This document shows, one piece after another, positions 8,137-16,478 of a DNA stretch of 48,442 bases. The translations under genes and the position numbers were made by a program. Below the pieces are notes generated by a model, which saw nothing but the letters and a program-made list of their open reading frames with translations, searched no databases and had not been told where the DNA came from. Source of the stretch: a virus (Duplodnaviria; Caudoviricetes); the IMG/VR virus record IMGVR_UViG_3300033067_001096, positions 1-48,442 of that record; one strand, written 5' to 3'. Position 1 is the stretch's first letter. Each line of letters begins with the position of its first letter.

Positions 8137-11100
8137 CTCATGACCTTCGCGATGGTGAGAATGTCCTTTAGGAATGTATTCTCATGGTCTCTCAATAGCC
8201 GATCTTTCACCTCGGGCCAATAGGTATTGACGGTGTCGAAGCTGTAGACGCCGGCCTTCTTGATGCGGCGCTGTAGCTCCTCTCCGGCGCGCGGCTCGAT
8301 GGACGTTATCAGGTCGACCGTGCTCTGCGCGTCGAGCGGCTTCTTGCCGGCCCAGCCGGGCGCGCCCATGGCGATCAACGTGTTGCGCATCTCGCGGCGC
8401 GCGTATTCCGACAGCGCCTCGTCCAGGTCCGCCTTCTCGCGGCTGGTCAGCTTGATCTCGCCGCCCGCCTTGGTCGTCGTGTCCTCCATGCCGAGCGGAC
8501 TGACCATCTCACGGCGCATGGCCGAGACGATCGTCGTAAGCTGCCGCCCCCGGTAGAACGGGTTCAGCTTCTTGGCGTCTGCCTTGAAGTGCGTCGTCAG
8601 CAGGGCGTAGGCCCGGTCATCTTCGTCCAGTGTGGCGAGGAAGGCGTTGGCGGCGTTCTCGTTGCCCGCCTCTAGGTACGCCTTGTAGGTAGTCTCCGCG
8701 CGGCGCAAGCTGCCGTTCAGCGTCGAGGCGATGCCCCAGAAGTCCTTGCTCGATGCCGAGCCACGGCGGACGTCGCGCACGAAGCGGCGAAGGATCGGCG
8801 CGTCGGTCGCGTCCATGTTTGGGCGGTTCGGGTCGAGCGCATTGGTCATGGTGCTCATGTCTCGGTAGGCCGAGGCGCCGAGGCCGGACATGATGTGGTC
8901 GAGCACCATCGGCGACACGCCGGTCGCCTGGCCGATGCTCTTCGCCAGCTCGCTGGTGTAGTTGTTGAATTGCAGCTCCGGGCTGAGCGCCTGCATGTAG
9001 CTCGGCACGATCTCGCGGTCGGCGAAGAAGTCGTAGTTGGCCGCCAACTCAACGCCGATCTGGATGGCCGGTGGCGAGGTCGGCGGGACGAGGTTCATGG
9101 CGAGGCCGCGCATGAAGCGGCCCTTGGCGCTTTGGTCGCCATTGGCTGCCTCCAGCCCACGCTCGACAAAGTTGGCAAACACCGCCAGCTCGAAGGGCTT
9201 CGGGATGTAGAACACCTTGCCGTCCCCGGTCGGGATGACCCAGCCGGTCGTGCGCAGGTACTCGCCCGCTTCTTGGTAGTCGGGGTCGTCCTCGAACAGG
9301 AAGTGCAGCGCGGCACTCAGCAGACCGAGCGACATCATCTTGACCCACGCCTTGCGGCCGGTGTTGATCGCCAGCTTCTCGGTGCGCGACAGGTCGAGGT
9401 TTTTGGTCGACTTCAGGTAGGACTTCAGCACGAACATGAGGCCTTTGCGCTGGCGCACCTCGTCGGCACCGAGCGTCCGCATCATCTTGTAGAGACCCTG
9501 CAGCTGGGCGTTCAGGAAAGGGATCGTGCGGCGCCACAGCAGCATCTTCGAGCCGTTGAGGCCGAAGTCCATGTAGTCGGTCGCGGTGTAGCCCGCCTCT
9601 ATCGACGCCTCGTAGTCGTTCAGCCCGTCCTTCTTGGCGCGCTCGAAAGCGCTCTTGTAGATGCCGATGCGGGTGCCCGTCTCGGTGAGCTCGGCGATGT
9701 TCGCCATGCCCTTGACGGCGCCCAGCATACCACCGCCGCTGAAGGCTTTTGCGAGGTAGCCTTTCTTGCGCAGCGCGCCGATGTCGCGGTTGACGCGCGC
9801 ATTGTGCAGGGTGGCGACGTTCATGCCGCCCATGATGCCCATGGCGGCGTTGTACTGCTTGGCCCACTGGCGCTGGCGCAGCTCGTCGAAGGTGCCCTTG
9901 ATGCCGGTGTAGAACGGCTTGAAGCCGACGTCGGTCAGGATGAAGGCCGACAACTGATCGCGGATGAAGTTGACGGCGAGGAAGTCCGGCCACGACGTGA
10001 TGGCCGCACGGAAGGCGGTCGACGTGGCGGCGATCAGGTCGACGAACATCGGCAGGTTCTCGCGCCCTACGCCGTTCAGCGTGTTGACGACGTCGGCACC
10101 GAGATCACCGTCGGCGAGCTGCAGCGCAGCCAGGCGGCCGCTGTCCCAGAAGAAGACGATGTTCTCGCCCTTGGTCGAGGCCTGCTCCGAGCGGAACAGG
10201 CTGAGCACGCTGTCGTCTTCGATTGACGCCTGCAGGATCGTCATCAGGTCTTCGGCGTCAGTCTCCGAGATCGTGTCATCCTTGGTCAGCTGGCGGGCGA
10301 TCTCCTTGACGGAGAACTGCTTGCCGATCAGCTGCTGGGCGGGCACGCGCTCGACCAGCGCGCCGACCTTGCCGGCGCGGTCGGCCAGCGTGGCGAGCGC
10401 CTTCATGGCGTCGTTCTTGGCGATGATCTTTTCGAGCGCGAAGGTCTTGTGCATGAGCACATCCATCGGGTCGATGATGTCGCGGCCGGAACCACGGAAA
10501 CGCTTGACGATCGACGCGCCTTGCGTCAGCGCCGACGGCCCGAGCGACTTCTTCTTGTCGCTCATGTCGCGCTGCAGCGGCGCGTAGAATTTGCGGTCGA
10601 GCCCGTTGGTGTAGGTCTCTTTCGACATCAGGCCGGCGTCGTAAGACTTCTTCCATAGGCCCATGCCGTATTCGTTGACGATCTCGGCGGCGCGCACGAA
10701 GTCCGTGCCGTAGATGTCGTTGAGCTCCTTCACGGTAATGTGCAGATCGCCGAGCGTGATGTCGTCGAAGGGCGGCCGTTCGAGCTTGCCTTCGGCCAGA
10801 CGGCGGTACTCGTCAATGCCGCGCAGCGCCACGAGATAGGCGGCGAAGTCCTGCTGGCGGATCGGGTCTATCGTGCCGAGGTTCTGGTCGACGCGGCGGC
10901 CCTGGCTGATCAACAGCGCGTCGCGCAGGCCGCGCGTCGACGACTGCACGGAGCGGTAGCCGATCACACCGTCGGTCGCCTCGATCATGGCGCGGGCGCC
11001 GGAGTTGGCGGCCAGGCGCAGCAGGATGCGGGGGTCGTCGGCTCGCTTGACGTCGAGCGCCTTGCCGGCGTTCTCCTGGCCTTTGTTCAATATCTGGCTG

Positions 11101-14100
11101 ACGATGTCGTTGAAGCCGGCGTAGCGGTTGATGCTGGTTTCGACCGTCTTACGCGCGACCTCGTGCATCCAGGTCGGGAAGCCGGCGTCCTGCAACTCCT
11201 TGATGGCAGCCGTGAACTTGCCGTCCTGCTTGCCGCTGACGATCTTGTTCTTGACCAGCTGGGCGCTGGGCAGCTGCAGCCACGCCTCAAATTTCTTGCG
11301 CACGATGTCGAGGCCTGGCAGCAGCGTCGGCGCCTCGGCCTGCAGTGCTGCCGTGAAGTCGGCGGTCAGCTTCGGGTACTTGGTCTCGGCGAACTGGCGG
11401 TGCAGGACGTAGACGCGGAAGAACTCGGCGAAGCCCTCGGCGATGTGCTCCTTGCGCGGCAGCATGGCGACGTCGCCGCCATAGAGATCGGTTGCCGCCT
11501 GCATGACGACGGCTTCGTTGTCTTGGATCACCTTGGCCAGCGCTGGGCCAGCGTCGAAGTAGAGCGCGTGGCCGCCTTCGTGGACGACCGTCGACAGGTC
11601 GCTCATCGTCTTGACGCGCACGACGTCCTGTTTGCGGCTGTACTGGCCGAGCACGCCCTTGCCCTTGATCGTCAGGCGGCCCTGCCGCGCGGTGGCGTCG
11701 AGCAGCTTGACGACGTCCTGGCTGATCTTGGCGAGCGTGACGTCGACCGTCTCCGCCTGGGGTGCGTTCGGATTGGCGGCGATGCCTTGGGCTGGGCGGG
11801 TCTGCTCGCCTTTCAGCGGGGCGCGGTTGCCGGTGCCACGGTTGGCCAGCATCTGCTCGTCGAGGAACGCCCGGTCGGCTTCCGACAGGTGGCCAAGAGG
11901 ATCGGGAGCCGGCCCGCCTTGGTCGAAGGTCTCGGCTAGAGTGAAGGTTGGGCCGCGGTCTTCTTCGGCTTTGCGTCGGGCGCGGAGCGCATCGAGGCGC
12001 TCGGCGGCGCGCTTGAGGTGCCGGTCGAAAGTGCGTTGAGCAATGCCTGTTCCTTCGGCCGATGTCGGTCGGCCTCGCCGAACATCGCCGCCATCGCGCT
12101 CTCCGCTGCTTTTAGCAAGTCGCTCGACATCGTAGCCGCCCTTCTCGAGTATGTTGCGGTAGACGCCGCTGACGAACAGCGACGCAAAGTCAGGTGTAGC
12201 ACCGATCTCCTCGGCTGTCATGTCGCCGGCGGCGATGATCTGGGCAGCCGTGCGGTTCTCGCCGGCTGCGCTCGCCTTCTCGTAGAGCGTCTTGGCCCAC
12301 GACCAGACGGTTTCCTGGATCTCGGCCGGCGTCCACGTCTCTCCGGTCATCTTCGTGGCGGCCTTGGCGGCATCGCGCACGGCGGCCGACATGGCGATGT
12401 AGCCTGCACCCTTGCCAGGTACGGCACCCGACTTGGCGAAAAGCGACTGGTCTATGTTGGCGAAGTTGGCCATCCAGGCGTCGTTCGTCACCTCGACGAC
12501 GACGCCCTGCAGGTTCTTCATGAAGCTGTCGACCTTCGGCCCCGACAGCGTGATGTTCATAGCGTCGGGTTCGGTCAGCGCTGTGACGGCGTTATTGACC
12601 CACGCCGGCAGCACGCTCGCCTCGCCGCGACCGCCTTGCACGCTCTGGCCGAGGATGGCCATGATCTTCTTCCTGTCGGTCGGGCGCTCCGCCTTGATCC
12701 AGTTGGTCCACGTATAGAGGGCGTTGATGGCGTTATTTTCGACGGACGTCTGTGGCGACAGGGCTGCCAGCAGGCCGGCGAAGCGCGGCGCATCCTGCAG
12801 GCCGAAGATGTCGACCAGCGCCTCTGCGCTGCGCTTGTACCAGCCCCGCTTGGCGCGGCCGGAGATCGCGACGGCGGCCATCTCCTTCGGGTCGGGCAGC
12901 TTGGTGAAGATGTCGACGATCTTCTGCGCGTTGGCCTTCGACAGCTTGGCGCGCTCGTCGGCTGTCATGTTGACGGCGACGCCCTTCAGGCCGGGTATCT
13001 GGTCGAGCAGCTTCTCGACGCGGGCAGGCGCTTGGATGTTGGCGAGGAGGTCCGCTTCCTCGGCGGCGCGGCCGTCGTCGGCGACGCCTTCGGTCCACGT
13101 CCACGACGGCATGATGCCGGTCTTCTGGTCGGCGTAGACCGTCTCGCGCTGGTTGTTGCGGTTGGCCTCGCCGTAGGGGCCGAAGTTGACCCAGCTGTTC
13201 TGGCCTCGCGTTTCCGACGTTACGGCCGGCAGGGCGCTGCCGGAGAATAGGCGCATGTGTGACTGCCAGGCGTTCTCCTCGCCGCGTGCGCCGAAGCCGG
13301 CGCCCTCCAGGCCGTGGCCGAAGAAGTCGTGAACGATGCGGAAGACGTCGTTAACGAGCAACTGCCTGTCGCCGATGAACTCATCGGTCGGCGCGAGCAG
13401 CGGGTTGTCCTGGATGTCGGTCAGCGATCCAAAGCCGCTCTCTGTCGGGAAGAACCACAGGTGACCCTTCTGCAGATCGGCGAGTACCTCCTTCGGGCCG
13501 CCCGGGTAGGGGTCCGGCATGCCCGGCTCGATCGCCTCGACCTTCAGCCCGGTCGCCTTGACGAACTGGTATTGCGCCAGCGTCTCGTCGGCCATGGCCT
13601 GGTAGGCGGCCTTGACCTTCGGGTTGTCCGGCGCGTGCTTCATCTTCTCGTAGGCGTCTGCGATGCGTTTGCCACGCTCCGGGTCAGCCTTGACATATTC
13701 GGCCTGCCGGCGAACCGGCAGGCCGCGCGCCTGCGCGTAAGCCCGCGCGGCCTGCACGACGATCTCGACAGGGCCGGGCGAGTTGGTCAGCCCTGGCAGC
13801 GGGGCGAGGTCGCGAATGCCGAGCTCGATCGCTTTAATCTCGGCGGTCGTTGGCACCTTGAAGTTATCGATCAGCCCGGTTTCCCGGTTGAGGGTCGGCG
13901 CGTTAAAGTCGAGCCCGACAGCGAAGGCCTCCCCGTTCGGCAGCGTCGAGAAGAAGTCGCCCTTGCGCGCGGCATCGCCGACGACCGTCTGGTCGGGTAC
14001 GGCCGGCACAAGGCGGCCGTCGGCGTATTCGAGACCTTTGCGGGTGAGCACGCTCTCCTGCTTGTATTTCTTGCCGAGCTTGATCGCCTCCGCCTCCGGC

Positions 14101-16478
14101 ATGAAGACCAGGAAGCTCTTTCCCTGGTCGACGCCCTGGTAGGAGCCGCCGACTTCCTGGTACGGGATTTTCTTCTTGGTCAGCTCGGCGCGCAGCTTCT
14201 CATTGGCGGCGACGTTCTCCGGCGCGGTCGCCGGGCCGACGGCCTCCTGCGTCGCGGTTACGACGGCCCAGCCGCCCTTCTCCGAGAAGGTCTTGGCGGT
14301 CGGCTTGGAGAAGTCGGCGGGCGTCGCGATCTCGCCGACCGGCATGCCGTAACGCTGGTCGACGACCCGTTCCGGCTTCGCCGCTTCGAACAGCACGGCG
14401 GTCTGGCCGAGCCGGCTCTCGCTGAAGTAGGCGCCCTTGAAGCCGGCATCCTTGATCAGCTTCTCGTACTTGGTGACCTGCTCCGTGGCGGGCGTCGAGC
14501 GGTCGAGTTGCGCCTTCAGGTTCAGCGGGTCCTGGTACCAGTTGTACATCGTGTTCGGGTCGACCGCGACCGTGTGCTGGTAGGGGCCGAGGCCCTCGCC
14601 GTGGTACGGGTCAGTCGGCGCCTTGACGCCGCGCTGGCGGGGCGGCAGCTTGGCGTTCTCGGCAGCGAAGCGCTGCGAGAAGGCGGGGTCGCCGACGCCG
14701 TAGTAGGAACGGTCGACAACGTTTGGGTCGCTACCCGGCGTGCCGAGACGCGAGCGCTCGACGCCCTTCAGCGGCCCGGTGCCGCGACGCGCCGGATCGA
14801 CGACGTCGAGCACCTTGCTGCTCCAGTGCGTGATCTCCATCTTGCCGTCTTCGCGCACGGGGATCGTGCCGCCGGGTCCTTCGACGACGGGCTGGACGGG
14901 CTTGGCATCCTTCACGGGCGGGGCGATGTTCGGCCGTACGTCGATCGGCGCGAGCGTGCCTTCGGTGCCGAGAACGCGGGCGGCTTCGCTCTGCGCCGTC
15001 GCCTCCGGCAGGCCGGGCAGCGCCTCGAACTCCTGGTCGAGCGCTTCGATGGTCTTCATCGCTGCGGCTTCGCGCTGCTGTGGCGTGACGACGACGTAGT
15101 CTGGCGGCGACATGTCGCCGGTGACGCCGGTCTCGTGCAGCACGGACGCGGCGGCGCCCGCCATGCCGCCGGTGATGCCACCGATCAGGCCGGCTTCGAG
15201 ATACCTGTTGACGTCGAAATCGCGCTTGCTGTCGTAGAGCAGCTTGGCGACGACATCCTCACCGAAAGTCTGGCCGGCTTCCTGCAGGAACTCTTCTATT
15301 GAGCCTGCTGCCGTGCGCGTCAACAGGCGCTGCACCGCACCGCCCGACGCGTTGTCTAGCTTGAACAGCATCGTGTTGACGGGGATCGCCTCGGTAAGGC
15401 CGATCGCACCGCCCAGGATGAACGACATATACTTCTGCAGCCCGACCGCGTTGAACTGCTCAGCCTCTTCAAACTGCTGCGTCGCCTGGTTTGTAGAGCC
15501 AGCGATCATCGTCGCGACCTCGCCCGGCAGCCCCACAGCGCGCGCCGCCCAGCCCGCCATCATGAAGCCGAGCAGCGAGCCGCCGCCGGCCGACAGCTTG
15601 CTAACGAAGTCCTTGGCGCGCGTCTTGTCGCCGGGCAGCATCTTGGTCAGCGTGGCATCGACGGTGTCCGCCCAGGCGCGTGCCGTGGACTTCTCGTCGT
15701 TGCCGAGGAAGAGCATGTCGCGCGTCATTTCCCACGCGATGAGCGGTGCCTTTAGCGCGCTGACCGGGACATCGTAGGCTGCCGCCGCGCCGCGCTGCAT
15801 GGCGTCCAGCCACCATTTCTGGGTCGGCTGCTTGGTTGGGTCGGTGAGCGCCTCGACGGCCTCCTTGCGCTTGGCCGAGGCTTCGGCGATCGACGTCTTG
15901 TTCTGCTCGGCGATGATCGGGCCGATCGGGTCCGGCTCGCCCATCAAGACGGCGCGGATGCCCTCCGGCGTCTGGTCTCCGTCGATGACGTTGCGCATCT
16001 CCTCGCGCATGTTGGCGTCGGTCTTGGCGGCTGCCTCCGCCTTGGCGGCGTCGACGGCGCGGCTCTCGGCTTCCGCCTGCCGTGCTTCCGGGCTGTCAAG
16101 CGTTCCTAGCTTGTTGACCAGCCCACCCTCGCCGAGCAGACCAATCGCCGGGCCGAGCAGAAGGGTGCGCATAGTCGGGTCTTCGATGGCGGCTGCGCCT
16201 TCGGACAGGACGTTGGAGCGCACGTCTATCGCCTTGTCCTGCTTCTGACGCTCAGGCGTGACCGCAGGCGGCGCCTGCGGCGCGCGGATGGCCGGGGCCT
16301 TCTTGTCGAGGAACTCGCTCTGTATCTTGTCGGCGAAGTCGACCGCGCTGTTGGGCGGGGGTGCTGCGTCCTGCAGCGCGTTCTTGCTGTTAGCGAACTG
16401 CTTAAGCTGCTCCTGCAGCGCGTCGTCGCTCAGAATGCCGGGGACCTGGATCGTCTTCGGGTGAAACGGGCTGTTCAC
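8133..16478 (-). CDS. Giant internal virion/DNA-ejection polyvalent protein (2781 aa; C-terminal LPD38-like domain)
   Basis: Position after the ejection genes; HEGGH...EGFAEF metallopeptidase motif, NDVFRIVHDFFGH motif, DUF3293-like segment, C-terminal IPKPFE...E...NYDFF..REIVP. Confidence 0.8.
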   Translation of the reverse strand: MNSPFHPKTIQVPGILSDDALQEQLKQFANSKNALQDAAPPPNSAVDFADKIQSEFLDKKAPAIRAPQAPPAVTPERQKQDKAIDVRSNVLSEGAAAIEDPTMRTLLLGPAIGLLGEGGLVNKLGTLDSPEARQAEAESRAVDAAKAEAAAKTDANMREEMRNVIDGDQTPEGIRAVLMGEPDPIGPIIAEQNKTSIAEASAKRKEAVEALTDPTKQPTQKWWLDAMQRGAAAAYDVPVSALKAPLIAWEMTRDMLFLGNDEKSTARAWADTVDATLTKMLPGDKTRAKDFVSKLSAGGGSLLGFMMAGWAARAVGLPGEVATMIAGSTNQATQQFEEAEQFNAVGLQKYMSFILGGAIGLTEAIPVNTMLFKLDNASGGAVQRLLTRTAAGSIEEFLQEAGQTFGEDVVAKLLYDSKRDFDVNRYLEAGLIGGITGGMAGAAASVLHETGVTGDMSPPDYVVVTPQQREAAAMKTIEALDQEFEALPGLPEATAQSEAARVLGTEGTLAPIDVRPNIAPPVKDAKPVQPVVEGPGGTIPVREDGKMEITHWSSKVLDVVDPARRGTGPLKGVERSRLGTPGSDPNVVDRSYYGVGDPAFSQRFAAENAKLPPRQRGVKAPTDPYHGEGLGPYQHTVAVDPNTMYNWYQDPLNLKAQLDRSTPATEQVTKYEKLIKDAGFKGAYFSESRLGQTAVLFEAAKPERVVDQRYGMPVGEIATPADFSKPTAKTFSEKGGWAVVTATQEAVGPATAPENVAANEKLRAELTKKKIPYQEVGGSYQGVDQGKSFLVFMPEAEAIKLGKKYKQESVLTRKGLEYADGRLVPAVPDQTVVGDAARKGDFFSTLPNGEAFAVGLDFNAPTLNRETGLIDNFKVPTTAEIKAIELGIRDLAPLPGLTNSPGPVEIVVQAARAYAQARGLPVRRQAEYVKADPERGKRIADAYEKMKHAPDNPKVKAAYQAMADETLAQYQFVKATGLKVEAIEPGMPDPYPGGPKEVLADLQKGHLWFFPTESGFGSLTDIQDNPLLAPTDEFIGDRQLLVNDVFRIVHDFFGHGLEGAGFGARGEENAWQSHMRLFSGSALPAVTSETRGQNSWVNFGPYGEANRNNQRETVYADQKTGIMPSWTWTEGVADDGRAAEEADLLANIQAPARVEKLLDQIPGLKGVAVNMTADERAKLSKANAQKIVDIFTKLPDPKEMAAVAISGRAKRGWYKRSAEALVDIFGLQDAPRFAGLLAALSPQTSVENNAINALYTWTNWIKAERPTDRKKIMAILGQSVQGGRGEASVLPAWVNNAVTALTEPDAMNITLSGPKVDSFMKNLQGVVVEVTNDAWMANFANIDQSLFAKSGAVPGKGAGYIAMSAAVRDAAKAATKMTGETWTPAEIQETVWSWAKTLYEKASAAGENRTAAQIIAAGDMTAEEIGATPDFASLFVSGVYRNILEKGGYDVERLAKSSGERDGGDVRRGRPTSAEGTGIAQRTFDRHLKRAAERLDALRARRKAEEDRGPTFTLAETFDQGGPAPDPLGHLSEADRAFLDEQMLANRGTGNRAPLKGEQTRPAQGIAANPNAPQAETVDVTLAKISQDVVKLLDATARQGRLTIKGKGVLGQYSRKQDVVRVKTMSDLSTVVHEGGHALYFDAGPALAKVIQDNEAVVMQAATDLYGGDVAMLPRKEHIAEGFAEFFRVYVLHRQFAETKYPKLTADFTAALQAEAPTLLPGLDIVRKKFEAWLQLPSAQLVKNKIVSGKQDGKFTAAIKELQDAGFPTWMHEVARKTVETSINRYAGFNDIVSQILNKGQENAGKALDVKRADDPRILLRLAANSGARAMIEATDGVIGYRSVQSSTRGLRDALLISQGRRVDQNLGTIDPIRQQDFAAYLVALRGIDEYRRLAEGKLERPPFDDITLGDLHITVKELNDIYGTDFVRAAEIVNEYGMGLWKKSYDAGLMSKETYTNGLDRKFYAPLQRDMSDKKKSLGPSALTQGASIVKRFRGSGRDIIDPMDVLMHKTFALEKIIAKNDAMKALATLADRAGKVGALVERVPAQQLIGKQFSVKEIARQLTKDDTISETDAEDLMTILQASIEDDSVLSLFRSEQASTKGENIVFFWDSGRLAALQLADGDLGADVVNTLNGVGRENLPMFVDLIAATSTAFRAAITSWPDFLAVNFIRDQLSAFILTDVGFKPFYTGIKGTFDELRQRQWAKQYNAAMGIMGGMNVATLHNARVNRDIGALRKKGYLAKAFSGGGMLGAVKGMANIAELTETGTRIGIYKSAFERAKKDGLNDYEASIEAGYTATDYMDFGLNGSKMLLWRRTIPFLNAQLQGLYKMMRTLGADEVRQRKGLMFVLKSYLKSTKNLDLSRTEKLAINTGRKAWVKMMSLGLLSAALHFLFEDDPDYQEAGEYLRTTGWVIPTGDGKVFYIPKPFELAVFANFVERGLEAANGDQSAKGRFMRGLAMNLVPPTSPPAIQIGVELAANYDFFADREIVPSYMQALSPELQFNNYTSELAKSIGQATGVSPMVLDHIMSGLGASAYRDMSTMTNALDPNRPNMDATDAPILRRFVRDVRRGSASSKDFWGIASTLNGSLRRAETTYKAYLEAGNENAANAFLATLDEDDRAYALLTTHFKADAKKLNPFYRGRQLTTIVSAMRREMVSPLGMEDTTTKAGGEIKLTSREKADLDEALSEYARREMRNTLIAMGAPGWAGKKPLDAQSTVDLITSIEPRAGEELQRRIKKAGVYSFDTVNTYWPEVKDRLLRDHENTFLKDILTIAKVMR
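11936..12130 (-). CDS. Candidate nested alternative-frame gene (64 aa) within the polyvalent protein gene
   Basis: ATG after AAGGGCGG; G/C-ending codon bias shifts to this frame while the main frame becomes A/T-ending. Confidence 0.4.
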   Translation of the reverse strand: MSSDLLKAAESAMAAMFGEADRHRPKEQALLNALSTGTSSAPPSASMRSAPDAKPKKTAAQPSL

